Positions 1 through 13,800 of a stretch of 64,000 nucleotides of DNA are shown here, piece by piece. The position numbers and the translations under genes are program-made. How positions within the stretch are numbered: the first letter of the stretch is position 1; each line of letters starts with the position of its first letter. The notes beneath the pieces are model-generated. The model was not told the DNA's origin, searched no databases, and saw only the letters and a list, made by a program, of their open reading frames with translations. The stretch comes from Tubulanus polymorphus (lineage: Eukaryota; Animalia; Nemertea): positions 2,480,001 to 2,544,000 of the forward strand of contig NC_134031.1 of assembly GCF_964204645.1 (NCBI RefSeq). Direction: 5' to 3'.

Positions 1-202
1 GGCTTGATGATAATGATTATTAAAGGTACCATTTAATTAAAAGAAACCCACGATATCAATTCAAACATCTGTTTTTGTTATCGGCTAGAAGGATTTTACT
101 CAAAATTAAAGAAAAAACAATAACAGTTGTTTTGAATTGATATTGTGGATTTCTGTTAATGATATTCATCAAGACTGTGAATAGTTTAAAAACATATTAC
201 AG

Positions 203-406
203 GTACCTACACTGATAGTGAGGGGATCACGAGATAAACATTTAGGCAAACTTTCGCAACGCAACTTAAAACATATGAGAAACAGTCGCGTTTTCGTCAT
301 GAAAAACGCGCGACATTCGTGTTATTTGAATAAACCGTACGAATGGCATCGTCTGCTTCGTAGTTTCCTAGCGACTATTCAAAAACACGCGAATAAAATC
401 AACTGA
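203..406 (+). CDS. ABHD14B: ABHD14-family alpha/beta hydrolase, terminal coding exon variant A (upstream exons lie outside the window)
   Basis: Acceptor tacag|GTACCT at 202/203, phase 0. Translates VPTLIVRGSRD...NARHSCYLNKPYEWHRLL*, resembling the recalled ABHD14A/B C-terminus (P.LIVYG..D...GAGHPCYLDKP.EWH) that carries the catalytic Asp and His. Confidence 0.8.
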   Translation, partial: VPTLIVRGSRDKHLGKLSQRNLKHMRNSRVFVMKNARHSCYLNKPYEWHRLLRSFLATIQKHANKIN

Positions 407-1028
407 TTCGTATTGTTGTAGTAAGGATTTGAATTTGGAAGTTTTGATTCTGTAGAAACCCTTCGTAGAACGCGGGCAGGGGCCTGTTTTATAGACCAAG
501 GATTCCCCAGTCCCACAGTTCAGAGTTAACTGACTACTGAGAACTACTAAACTGAATCCAGTTTGTGAACAGGAACGATCCTCAGGTCAAATAACTCAAC
601 TATCAAACTCAAAACTACTCCATATAAATGGCGCTAGATTTTGTCTTTTTGACAAAGTAGTAAATGTTAGCCTACCCCGACTAGGTGGTTTTGTGGTTTT
701 TAGTAATGATCTTTCTTTTTTTTCACATCAAGTGAAATGTTATTCATCCTTTTCTTTATGATCTTATTTTCTTTTTACTTCTCTGCTTTGTACGTAGTGG
801 GCATCCAGAAAATATTTTCCCCTTGAAAACACCTTTAAACTTCGTACCATCATCATTCTTATCTGCATTAAATTTCATATTACATGTTTAGAACGTTCTA
901 AACTTAGTCCATTCCTATTTCAAAAGAACCAAGCGTTCACACCTGCAAAAGGTCTCTTCTAGATTGGGCCAAATTAGAACGTACTAACTAGTGATAGTGT
1001 GAGCGTGGCTTATAAATAGTGCGTGTAC

Positions 1029-1310
1029 CAGGGTCGCCACTTACCATGAAATCAGGGAAAAAGTCTGGGAATTTCCTTTCCTTTCGAAAAAGCCAGGGAA
1101 TTTTGTAAAAAGAAAGAGCTAAAAATCAGGGAAAAGTCTGGGTAATACGTTGAGATTTCTAGATTGTGCGTATAATTAAACAGTTTCCATCTATGCTGTA
1201 CATATTTGACTGCTAATTGATTGTATTCTTTTAGCAGATCAAGTCAGGGAAAACAACATGCGTGTCAGGGAATAGTCAGGGAGAATAGTCAAATAAAAGT
1301 GGCCACCCTG
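1029..1310. mobile_element. Non-autonomous DNA transposon (MITE, hAT-like)
   Basis: Terminal inverted repeats CAGGGTCGCCACT...AGTGGCCACCCTG with repeated internal TCAGGGAA motifs. No clean target-site duplication (TSD). Confidence 0.65.
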
Positions 1311-1447
1311 ATGTACATGTATGCATTTCAATGCTTTTAAGCGACATTGAAATATTAGGTTATCATTGAAATATTTCATGTTGGAAAAGGATCAAGAATT
1401 CAGGTATTTTGATGATTGTTCTGACGATTATTTTTTCATTATTTCAG

Positions 1448-1648
1448 GTACCGACGATGATCATACGAGGTGAGAACGACCATGACCTCGGTGAACAGTG
1501 TCAAGGTAACCTTCAAATGATGCCGCAACACGAGACGTTTGTCATAAAATCGGCCGGCCACGCGGCTTACATTGACGTCCCCGACGACTGGCATCGACTG
1601 CTTTTCAATTTCATGTTCGCGATCGAGAAACGGAAATTATCGACGTAA
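1448..1648 (+). CDS. ABHD14B: ABHD14-family alpha/beta hydrolase, terminal coding exon variant B
   Basis: Acceptor tttcag|GTACCG at 1447/1448, phase 0. Translates VPTMIIRGEND...SAGHAAYIDVPDDWHRLL*, colinear with exon A. Downstream AATAAA at 2312. Confidence 0.85.
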   Translation, partial: VPTMIIRGENDHDLGEQCQGNLQMMPQHETFVIKSAGHAAYIDVPDDWHRLLFNFMFAIEKRKLST

Positions 1649-2597
1649 AATACTTTTATCATAGAATTAACTTTAAAGATTTCGGATGGGAGTAGGGTTT
1701 AAAATGCCCTATTTATACTCCTTTGTACATTATGCTTAAAATGTATGGACGGGCTGGGGTTAAATTCTCGAGCCCTTCACTTACCAATAGGGCACATCCT
1801 CATTCCAGAAATTGCCGAGGAAAAGGGACGTTTTTGGTTTTTTTAAAAAGGTTGAGTTTCACGCTCTCTTCATCTGTTAAAAAATATTGTAGCATCGGAA
1901 AACTTATTTCCAGCGTGTAATCTTTAGTAATTAATAGTAATGCGTACATTTCATCTGACGGAGAAAGTGTGAGGAAAAGGGGCGTCTTTATTTTTGTGAA
2001 TCTGGGAACGAGTACGTTCTGCCACCATTAGAAGTGACGAGCTCCTGGGTTCGAATTGCCTAAGGGGCCGAAATGTTTGTAAGGTCAGTATCGGTACTAC
2101 ACTGTAGTTGTATTTCTATTGTATAAAAACGATACTGGAATATTAATAGAATTGTTAACTACTGCGTTAAAACATAATGTAATTATGTTCGTATAAAACT
2201 AACCATTATGTTATTATGTTTACATCATTGACAAATCCATGACATATAAAACTGAATGGATTACATACATTTTACGAGGATTTATAAATTATCTCTTTTT
2301 CTATATATTTCAATAAATGTTTTATCCTATTCTACACGTTTCGTTTATTTCGTTAATTCCATCGGTGCATTTTACTGGTCTAATCTAGAATTTGATGACT
2401 TCTCTTACCATTTTCTGCAAGTCATGTATGGAGCATTAAAATGGTGTTAAGTGCCTTGGATCATAGAACTCAAATCGAAATGGAGTTTGATTTGAGTTCT
2501 ATGCTTGGATGGAATAATCTGAATGCCATACCACCAGCTATTGGAAGAAAATACACGTAAGAAACAAACAAATTTCATTAAATCTAAATGAATTATA

Positions 2598-4386
2598 TTT
2601 ATTCTCTAATTTGGTGGTCTATGAAATGAGTACAGATTCCAGTGGATTAATTTATCATTTGTTCCTAGATTCGTCTACATTTTGATAATGATTGTAATCA
2701 AAGATATCTCATTGAAAAAAATGCAGCAGGGACAATAAGATCTTTAGAGTACAGATAATGAGTATCAAGAATTTTGCATAAAACAATTATGTAACCTTTC
2801 ACTTGAAATTAACAAATTTAGTTAAGAAATGTAGGAGGTATTCAGTACTAGGCCACTCTCTTAGATGTCCTTGGAGATCTACCTTGTGCAGACCAGACTA
2901 TCTGCTATCTCTAATTGTATTAGTTTTCACCAACACCGAGAGTAATTTGACAAAAAAGTAGTAGTTGGAAAAATGAAATAATTATCATTTTCTGAGTATT
3001 TTGGGAGTAGTTGAGCTCGCAAATAATAGTCGGGTCTGTTTGTGAGTGGATAGTTGCTCAATGCTTGCTTAGCATTTAGATACTCATTTAGTTTAAACTT
3101 ACAGTCAAGACGACATTTTGTTCTCAATTGACCGATGAGCATTTTGAGAATGAAGTAGAGTTCACTATGCCAACCGATGATGTTGAATTAATGCAATTGC
3201 CAGTGAAAGAACGGTCGAAAGGTGAACTCAAGCGCAAGAACTCGTCATAATTGATGATAAATAGATCCAAAATCAATGACCAAAACAACTATCCTTATAC
3301 ATGTGCTTATCTCAATTAGTGATAAGTCCCTGTATACTCGACAAGAATCAGCCGCGAGATATCTCGTAGTAGCAATGATTGCAGAACTAAAAATAATTCA
3401 TAACAAATACTTTATAATTCAATATCTTTGCACTTCAACAACGTGCTCTGTCTAAACATAGAAAATAATATTGAACATCTTATGTACATTTTCTAAGTAC
3501 ATTCATACTTAATTACTGCTTGTTTGTACAATAGTTTTTGTAGTCAATGAGTTTTTGTTACCTCATTTTAACTCCTACGTTGTATTTACAAATAACTGAA
3601 AACTAGTGTGTGAATATTAACACATTGCACGAAAGAAAGAGGGAGAAGGAGAAGGAGAGGGAGCGAGGGAGAGATCATGTATTTAAAACTACTATATACA
3701 CGTATATAAATAAAATATGCACAAGACAAATTCAGCGAATTAAAACAATAGTGTGACCTCTAAATCATATATTTATAAATATCACATTTTCGCTTTCTAT
3801 AAAACATCGAAGAATAAAATTCAGTCTCCATTTCTCCATTCGACGTCACTTTGGTAATAGTTTTAGAATTCTGAGTCTTTCAGAACATACAGATATACAC
3901 GTTAAACGTTCAGAAAATGAGAATTTTTTTCTTTCTTGAGTTGAGTCTACACCAAAAAGAAAGCTCGTTTCAAACTGCACAATTTCAATTCAAGTTTTTG
4001 AAGATTCTACCTAACGAACTATGCAGAGATGGTGCACGCAGCATACATTTATCTTCAAAAATAACCTACTAAAAGTGAGGGAATTCATTCTAATAAGAAA
4101 TAGTCGTTTCCTTTTACATAGCTGAAAACATGTTCTATTCCACTCATTGAAAACATGTATTTCTTTCCCACTAGCCAAAAACATGTTTCATATTTCCACT
4201 CACTGAAAACATATATCTCTTATCTACTCATTGAAAAACAATTCCAAAAACATGTATTTTCACTTACTGAAAACATGTATTACCACTCTCTTTCTACTCG
4301 GTGAAAACATGTTTTTTCCAGCTCACTCGCAACTCTCGTTATATTTGAACTCGTTTATTGCACTCGGCTCATCAGATTTACTGAAA
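2598..4386 (-). other. Probable EVI5 3'UTR ending near an AATAAA (- strand, 2598-2603), convergent with the ABHD14 3'UTR
   Basis: Non-coding DNA downstream of the EVI5 stop. TTTATT at 2598-2603. Degenerate ~29-bp repeats (CACTGAAAACATGT) at about 4120-4320. Confidence 0.4.
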
Positions 4387-7300
4387 TTACGACCCATTTT
4401 CGTGGTTTTCTATCACAACTGTCGGTTGCGCCGCTTCTAATATCGTTCCTGACTTCGACTTATTAAACGCGCTGTCATCATCATCGTCGTCTTCCTCGTC
4501 AGCCTCATCATTGTCGGTAATCGTATCGTTGGTGTGCGTGTCGACCGAGTGTAGACGATATTTGTCGAAGTTTGATATGGTGGCGCCACCGTCGAAATCG
4601 GAGATATTACTGTCCGTGTCGGAGTCGACAACCGCTGCTGAGCCGAGTTTATATCCGATTCCGCTTAAGCTGCGATTCATTTTGAGCTGCAACACCTGCA
4701 CAATAGATTAGAATGAAATACAGTCAGTTTTATATAATAAAGGCAGCAGTTTTTAACAAAAGCTTAAAAACATGCATTAAAAACATCCATGGAAGTTTAA
4801 CAAGCTCCCTGCCCCCAATTGCCAGCATGAATATACTCGTAGGTTGGCACTGGTGCTGTTACGTAGTCAGCCTTTGGTCGAAATGACCAATGAGCATTGA
4901 GAATGAAGCCGAGTTTGTTCACATTGCCAGCCAATCAGGCACTGTGTCATTCCCGTGTGTCTGAGTGCGAATATCTTACTGTAAACAGTAAGAATCAGCT
5001 ACAAATATATTCACAGTGGAAGAGTATATTTGTAGCTGGCAGCGAATATTTAAAGGATTGAGGTTGAAAATAAATAATGAAACATTTTGCGGTAAAGAAA
5101 TTGAGTCATTCATATAATGAAACATCAGATTGTTGAGGGCCTTATTCATCATTACATGATTTTGTTACCTCATCTTGTAAATCAGCAATTCGATTTTCTA
5201 AATCGTTATCTTTCTGTTGTATCTGTCCAGCAGTTACAAGTTCTTGAGTCTGGAAGAAGAAAAACAGCAACATTTACGAAAGGTTTTACACGAAGAGATG
5301 ATGAGCACGTTATCGCACGCTCCTCACCTCTATCTCCAACTCAGCGATCCTCTGTCTCATTTCAGCTATAGTCTGAGTATGTTCGGCATCTTTTATACGA
5401 ACCATCATACTTTCCTCTTTCCTCTGAAATTTGATAATGAAATGAAAATATCAGCGGGAACAATACAGGGGGCATACCAATGTATTTAAAGGAATAGAAT
5501 ATAGAACTGTAGCTAGAAAGTTTGGAAAAGACCCTTCCCCGACTAATCCCTAAAGTGAATCAAGCAACATTTTAAACCCCCATATAACTGTCACTCAACC
5601 ATTTTTAAAGACCAGTTACTGTTACTCAACAGGTTTTACCTATCCCTTACTATCAATCAACAGCTTTTACCCATCCCCCTCTGTTACTCAACAGGTTTTA
5701 CCTATCCTTTACTGTCAATCAACAGCTTTTACCCATCCCCTTCTGTTACTCAACAGGTTTTACCTATCCTTTACTGTCAATCAACAGATTTTACCCATCC
5801 CCTTCTGTTACTCAACAGGTTTTATCTATCCCTTACTGTCAATCAATAGCTTTTACCCATCCCCTTCTGTTACTCAACAGGTTTTACCTATCCCTTACTG
5901 TCAATCAACAGCTTTTACCCATCCCCATCTGTTACTCAACAGGTTTTACCTATCCTTTACTGTCAATCAATAATTTTTACCCATCCCCTTCTGTTACTCA
6001 ACAGGTTTTCCCATCGCCTTCTGTCAAGTGAGGTAGACACAATGAAACTTGCCTTCGATTCTAAATCTGCTAATTTACGTTCGTTATCCTGCATTCGATT
6101 TTTATATTCTCGCTCGCGTTCGTCGCATTCGGTCAATCGCGATTTCAACTTCATGTTCTCCGTATCCAACCGGTGGATCTGATGCGTGCAGATCTGATTC
6201 TGGGTTTCGAGTTCCATCACTTTTTGCTTCATGTCTCGCAATTCGGATGCGGCTTGCGTCTCGTGCAAACGCGACAGAATCAGTTCATCTTGAAGCTGTT
6301 GAGCGTTCGTCTTACTCTTACTGCCGGATTTACCCAGCTCCATATATCGCTGAAAATAAAGACAAAATGCAAAAGATTAATAAAGAGTCACAATCAGAAA
6401 TTAAATGACACAACGTTTTGGACCACAATAACACTACATGACCCGCAAAAACAATCTATAGAGAATCCCACAATAATACATCTTCACCCGTCAAGGGATT
6501 CGAACCCACTACGCTAAAGCTGTTCCCCTAAGCTGTAGGTGGAAGTGAGTTTGGGGAGTGATACCGGACCCCTGGCAAGCGAGGAGATGGCAATAATACC
6601 GAAAAAATAAAATCCAAAAATGTCCCCTAAAGCTAGTAGTTTATTCATTGTTTTGACTATAGTCATCTTCAGATTGCTGAAGACGCTTTATCAATCGTTA
6701 CCACAATAACAACCCTGCTTTCCTGTTATCCGGGTATCTTAACATCTATCAGCCATGGTTTTACGAACCTGGTAATCTTCTTCATAATCTTTCAACTTTT
6801 TACTCATTTCTTTCATTGATAACGTCGCCTCAGCCTCCCGTAGTTTACCAGCTATCAGCTCCTCTTGTAAACTGACTATTGTTACGCACGGCTCGCGTTG
6901 TAGTTGATCATTCTCCTGTGAAACACAAGTTATTTGTCAGACCGTTCTAATCTAATGAAAATATCAACAAATTACCATAAGACTAATTTATATTAAGCCT
7001 TTCAGTGCGTCTACTAATAAATCAGTTATAGATTTTGCTAGTACACCGCACTGCGGTGTATTGATGTAATTAGTAATTATCTCTCTTGAAAAATGGCAGC
7101 ACCTATCAAACAGTAAAATACTAATGTCTATTTATTAATGGATGAGACCTGTTTTTCTGGGATATTTTGCTTACTTTTTGGGGTACATACCTCATTTATG
7201 TCTTAACAGAATGCCAAAAATCGCGGACAACAACTGAATATCCGATATATTTCCAGTTCTGTACCAATTAGATGCATTGGCAAAAAGACTCCTTAAGTCC

Positions 7301-10300
7301 AATTGAATGAGAGAGAAAATCCTCCATTTTGTGAAATTTCTTGAATTTTTACATTGTCACCATGCCTACGAAATGAAGTTATTTTTCTTGTGGGGTCTCA
7401 ACAACTAAATCAGGGTGGCGTAGGCATGGTAACAATGTTCAAATCCAAGAAATTTGACAAAATGGAGGATTTCCTCTCTCATTCAATTGGACTTAAGGAG
7501 TCTTTTTGCCAATCCATCTAATTGGTACAGAACTGGAAATATATCGGATATTCAGTTGTTGTCCGCGATTTTTGGCATTCTGTTAAGACATAAATGAGGT
7601 ATGTACCCCAAAAAGTAAGCAAAATATCCCAGAAAAACAGGTCTCATCAATTAATAAATAGACATTAGTAACTAACAATACACTGCACCGCGGTGTAGAC
7701 GCACTATAGTGGTATTCCTGTTATTCAACATACTAGGGTGGAATTTTTTAAAATTTTCAAATTATCTTCAGCACTATAGGGTATTAATTAGTCAGCACTG
7801 AAAGGTGTAAGCTGAAAGGTGTAGGCTCGACTACAAAACATGTTTGAATCTTATGGGAATTTTTGTATCACTCATCTCTCCCTGGGAAAAGTAGCATTTC
7901 AGCTGCTACTAGCGCTTAGTAGTTTCCTATTTGACCAGCTACCCAATTACCCCTAGGCAGAGATAGCCAATGGGAATAGGTTTCTTGCCCAGGGAGACTG
8001 CAGGCTGGGTTCCAACCAATGTCCTGGTATCCTGCATTAGCGTTAGCCGGCACCGCTTGCCCCTGAACACTCATCTAAATGTCTTACTACAGATTGCTAC
8101 AACGTACCTGTTCTAATTGTTTGATTTTATTCGTCAGCTCTTTCACGTTTGAAGTCGACGCGGCGTCTTTCATTCGATAATGCTCCACCTCGCGACTCAG
8201 CTGTCTGATCAGTTTCTCCGCGTGAGTTTGATCTTCCTCTGACGTCGAATTATTTTTCTACGAGTAAAACGGCAAGAAGTTAACAGGCATGACAAGGTCA
8301 AATCTAATCTCTGGTATAATAAGAACTGTGGAACCCAAACTGGTTCCTAAATATGAAATAAAATACAACTCGGATTTGTGCGACTCGCAAATATAGAACT
8401 AGGTCCTGAAACTGACCTTGACTTGGTGGTTGATACATGATAATTAATGCTTTTTACTTGGTTCTTACTCGATCTTATTTTGCAAGGCTGTTTTGATGGT
8501 GAGGGTGTATCGTTTATGATCAACATCAATGTAAGACAAATTGACCGTCTATATAATCAGTCAGTGAATTGTAACCTAGGTTTCTCCCCAAAAAATCGAC
8601 AATTGATAATATTCTAGCTGCTACAGGCATCACTTGCAACAGCTCACTACTCGCTAAGTTTTAATTCATAATAATGGGTCCCTCTTCGACAATCAACTAA
8701 CCTCTTGTTGCAACCGCTGTATGACTTCCTGTGCCTCCGATAATCTACTGATCATATCCTCTTCTTTCATTTTTGACAGCGATAACGTTCTCTGCGTACA
8801 GATGACCATTTCGGCCTGCTGCGCTCTCGCTAACTGATCCTGTACTAACCGATCGGCGAGTTGAGCCGTTTCTTTCTCTAAATTCTCGATTCTTTGTTTC
8901 AGCAGACGATTTTCAGTTCGAAGTCGCTGAAAATGAAGAGAAGGGTCGAAAAAAATCATTACAAATTTATATGATTCCCACTGTAAATGTATCTAATTTT
9001 TACACAGACCTGTGGAACAGCTCATGGGGGCATGTGACAGTTTTTACTTCATTAACCTGGATAAACTTATGTTAAGCCCAGTAGCTAGTTTTATAGTTAC
9101 GCTTAACTTAGACCCAGTGGTTAACTCAATTCATTGTCAAGTGAGTAATTGAGTCAATAGAGTCAGGGAGGTGCCCACCTCCCTGATTGAGTTAACCCCA
9201 GGCAAAAGTTTAAGGTGATCTATAGATCTTGGGCACCTTGAGGCTTTCAGACTGGTTTCAACTTCAACCTTATATAGTGAACTTGCCGGTTAATTCATAT
9301 TCTAATTCAATTAACCCCCTGCTTAAAGTTGAATACAGGTCTATGAAATCCACTCCTTGGAAAATAGCTCATGTTGCCTTTGAGACCTACCCTTAGTTCG
9401 ACTTGGTCTTCGTGTTCTCGACTTTTGATTTCGTTATACTCTTTTTCTAATCGCTTCAGTTTTTTCACGCTGTACTTGATTGTCAGAGCGAGTTGGACTA
9501 GATTTTCGGGATTCCCTTCGTATTTGGCAGGAATGTCTTTTTGTATATACTGAAATATATGACAAGTTTCATTGTAACTCTTACAGTTAAACTGTGGAAC
9601 CGGGTTCAGACCTTTCAGTCTGTTTCACTCACTGTAATCATGCCTTCCATGTCTAAAGCGAGCAGATCTTCTTGACTGGAAACTAATATGGCAAGAGCAA
9701 CTTTGAACACAATTTCCATTCCCTAAATGGAGAAATACTAGCGATGAAGCAAGTTTGACGCTTGTCAGGATGTTAAACGAAGGGAAATTCAGTTTTACAA
9801 ACCTCGGAGAGGAATAAATCCATGATTCGGCAAGAAATGCTAAGTGGTAAAGCCGTAGTGAACAGGGTCAGGAACCAGGATGACGCGTACATTGATGTGT
9901 GAAAACACTGAGACTGGAAATGCAAATAAAGATCGGGCAGTTGTTCCTACAAAAAATAAAACAATTCATTAGCGGTCAGGTTAGATTAAGCCCAGCGGCA
10001 TAAAGACAGGGTTCACACTGATGACCTTTGGAGGAATTAACACATTCTTTTCAGACCCTTACAAATGGCTTTTATCACATTTTTACATGACAACGCCAAT
10101 CTAATAACCATTGCAACAGAATGTGAATTAAATTCCATTATCTAACTTCATTTATCGACTGACTCAAAAGAAATTCACTGATCGATTCAAGTTAGGGGAA
10201 GTCTACTGCATTTCTATTTCGGAATATGTCTCACCTGGATCAAACACTCTAGCTTGAACATACATAGACCTAACTCAGCCATACCGGGTTTAAACAGATC

Positions 10301-10762
10301 TCTTAATTTATAATCTTGCATCATACAAACTAAACAGGCGAAAGCTTCCTCCTCGGGCATCTGAAATAATAAACAATCGTATCGAGTTTTATACCAAAAC
10401 CGATCCTGAAACGGAGATGAAGAAATGATGTATTTACCTGCATTAGTAGCAAACCGACAATAAAACCGCTTCCTTGACAGTAGCCAACTTCTCTGTCATA
10501 TAGAGAATAAGCCTATAATAGACAATACAACAAAGTTAAGTTAAGCAGCATCAAGTTATTCCTTAAAATCCTTTTTATTCGTTTTTCAAGGTAGCTTATT
10601 TCATCTAGTTTCATCAGCGCTTGTTAGCAACACGGTGTTACTTCTTCCCAGGGAGAGATGACTGATACATGTTAGAGTATAAAATTTGGCTGGGATAATA
10701 ATACCGAAAATGTAAAGCGCTCTGTGCAACCTAGCTGGATTTAGCGCTATATAAGACACATA

Positions 10763-10811
<49 letters not shown>

Positions 10812-13800
10812 CTACAAATACAGCCCTCTAGTGACTCAGTACATAGGACTACCAGTACTTTAAATATTCAGAACTGATACCTAAATACAACGCATTTCTC
10901 CACCGAACAAACTACGCTAGCTCCTGCAGTGAACCGACGTAGACCAGACTACCTGATATCATAATGAATAGTAGTTTTCACAAAAAATGAGAGAAATCTG
11001 ATGATGAAAATAGTAGTTCGCTTAAAAATTAAATGAAATTATTTAGATTTGGAAATTATTTGAGAGTACTATTTTAGGAAGTAGTTGAGTTCTTAAGAGT
11101 GGAAACTATCTCAAATAGAAGTAGTCGCGTATTGTATGGACTAATTGTTTCTAATTTACCGGTTCCAGAACTGACCTTCATAACGTTAAACAGACTCTCC
11201 TGACCGAGTCCATCTTTCTCTTTGAAGAAGTCGTGTTCGGGGTAGGTGCGCGCGATATCGCGACGGATCACTTTCTCGAACGGCGACGTTTTCTTCATGA
11301 ATTCCGGATACCAGTCTTTAGCCGAATGATTGTGAGCGTTACACAACAGCTGCCAGACTAACCCTCGGAAATGATACGGTATTCCTTTCCTTACCAGATC
11401 CTACACAACAGAACGCAACGTTTAAGAATTCCAGTCGTCGGGTCAAAGAATTAAGCCGTGATCGCGGGGAGACGATTTTTGCCCGGCCCAAACTTCCAAG
11501 CTCGGATCAGATCCAAGTTCAAATTAAGTCTGTACTTAATAAGGTAGCGTGTTCAGACATAAATCACTCATTCGATGCTAAAATGAGGTCAGTCACATAC
11601 TGGACCCATTAGCATTCACGAGCTAAGATTTGGCATGGTCCTGTTCTAACATTCTCATTACTGGTTGGGGTGAATTTTGTCCAAGCCAAACATGCACGAG
11701 CCACTTGGCACAAGTGAGAATATAAGTAGGCCCGAGCCCGATATGTCATTGGCCAGGTCAAAATCACGTTGTTTGATCGCAGCTTTAAGCTTGACTACGA
11801 AACGGGGCCCCACAGGTACAAGAAATAAATCGATTATTCATTGCATTTATACGAACCTTTCGGCTACATGCGGTTTCAGTAAAACTCAGCCCCAGGGGCC
11901 AGTTCCATAATTCAGACTTATGTCCAAAAGCGGTCTCAAATACAAAACTGGTCTTAAGTTGTAAGATTGGCTATAGAACTAAGACAGTCTTAAGTCTAAG
12001 CCATGACTATGGAACTGGGCCCAGGAGCTCAAACAGTAGATTAGTTATTAATTCTACTTACACGAACGTATGATTTGCGTTTACTATAGGAATCCCAATC
12101 ATTGATTATTCGTCCCCACATTACCCATGAATCTTCAGTTCCATTCGCTACAATATAGAAATAAAAGCCTTTATTTTCAAGTATCCTATAAACCATTGAA
12201 TAATGGTCGTGAGAAAATGACATTCTATCCTAAGAAGAAAAATTAGAATTTCATTTCGAATCATGAAAAAGGAAATTGTTTCGTTTATTCATTTGATTGA
12301 TTGATTTGAAGTCATACCAATTTTTGCTGTGTCCCTTTCGAACCCACCACGCACCCACCAGCCGGGAACTAAGAAGGGGGTTTGATTTTAAAATCACAAA
12401 TCAAAGTAAAGATACCAGACGTAGTTGGATGGCCGGTCGAATTTACACAAATTTTTTTCTTTATCAAATCGAAATACATAATAAGAAATTTCGGATCTGG
12501 TTTATGTAAACAATCATCTTTCATCCAGCGTGAACCGGTGGCAAGCGATTGATTGAGGTTTGATTTCGTTCCAACGCTTTAATCCTGGAATCAAATTTTA
12601 ACCCCTTTATTTTCATTTCATTTTAACCCTTTGATTTTAACCCATTCATTCGTAGTTAGTTTATATACATGCAGTTTAAATGGAAATTTTTTAATGGATA
12701 TTTGCCATGCTATTATTGGTGTTGCATCCAGTAGAACCTGGAACCGTGCGGCACACACCTATATAAATCAGTTCAATATTGCAGTGCGGAGACAGTTGTG
12801 TACATAGAAACGCGAACACGACTAGCAACTGAATTAATCAACTCGATATCATTATATTCTGATACTGATATCACAATTTGTATCGGGATGATTGAAATGG
12901 CCTTTAAAACTGAAGGCTTTCATTCTTCAGATCACTGGCCAAAATTGATACATGATTTACATAGGTCTTATACAATTGTGCATCATGCTCCATTGTCTAT
13001 GGCTAATAGTTGGTTTTAATACCTTGGACTTATAAACTTGTTTATACATCCTTGGTATCACATATTGCACAGATCCTCCCAGTTCCACGGTGGTGAGCAA
13101 ACAGCTAACCCAATTAAGGTAATCTTAAATGTTTTAAGTCAAATTGGCACTGGTGAATTGGGTTCAGGGGCCGGTTGCATAGTCATGGCCTAGACTTAAG
13201 ACCAGTCTAAGACCAACTTAGTTCTATAGGCAATCTAACAACTTAAGACCAGTCTTAAGATTTAAGACAACTTTTGGACTTAAGTCATGACTGCGCAACT
13301 GGCCCCAGGACCCAGTTCTATAGTGGTGAGTTAACTCAGTTCATTTAAAATGCATCAAATTTAAATCAAAACTGTGGAATTGGTTTCTCAACAGAAATCA
13401 AAAGTTCTTTCAAGCATGATAACACGAGCGTGACTTCACAGTCTACTCATAGCAGCCCAAATTCATGTTTAAACATGCAGCAAACACTAGCAATTATCGC
13501 ATTCAAAACTATCTGAATCTATAGTGAAAATCCATTTTTAATTCCAGGGTTGCAACATTCTCAACACGCCGTGTGTGTATGTTATATCAATTAGCATCAA
13601 GCTCGGGCGTAAATGGCGCCACATTCATCGGAATTCTACCAATCGAGAATGTAAAATATTCCCCAGGCTAGAGTCGAGCTCTTTATACTATAATTACTCG
13701 ATGGAGAAATTCAGGGCTTTTTTTCGAAACATTCCATTCTTACTCTGTAATATTTCAGCATTTCAATGACTGTAATAATGTAATATATATTTCAATCCCA

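Noticed and set aside
5619-6025. Regular repeat arrays (also 40148-40406 and 43385-43706) as CRISPR arrays
   Set aside because: Head-to-tail units with no unique spacers, no cas genes, and a eukaryotic context; these are minisatellites.
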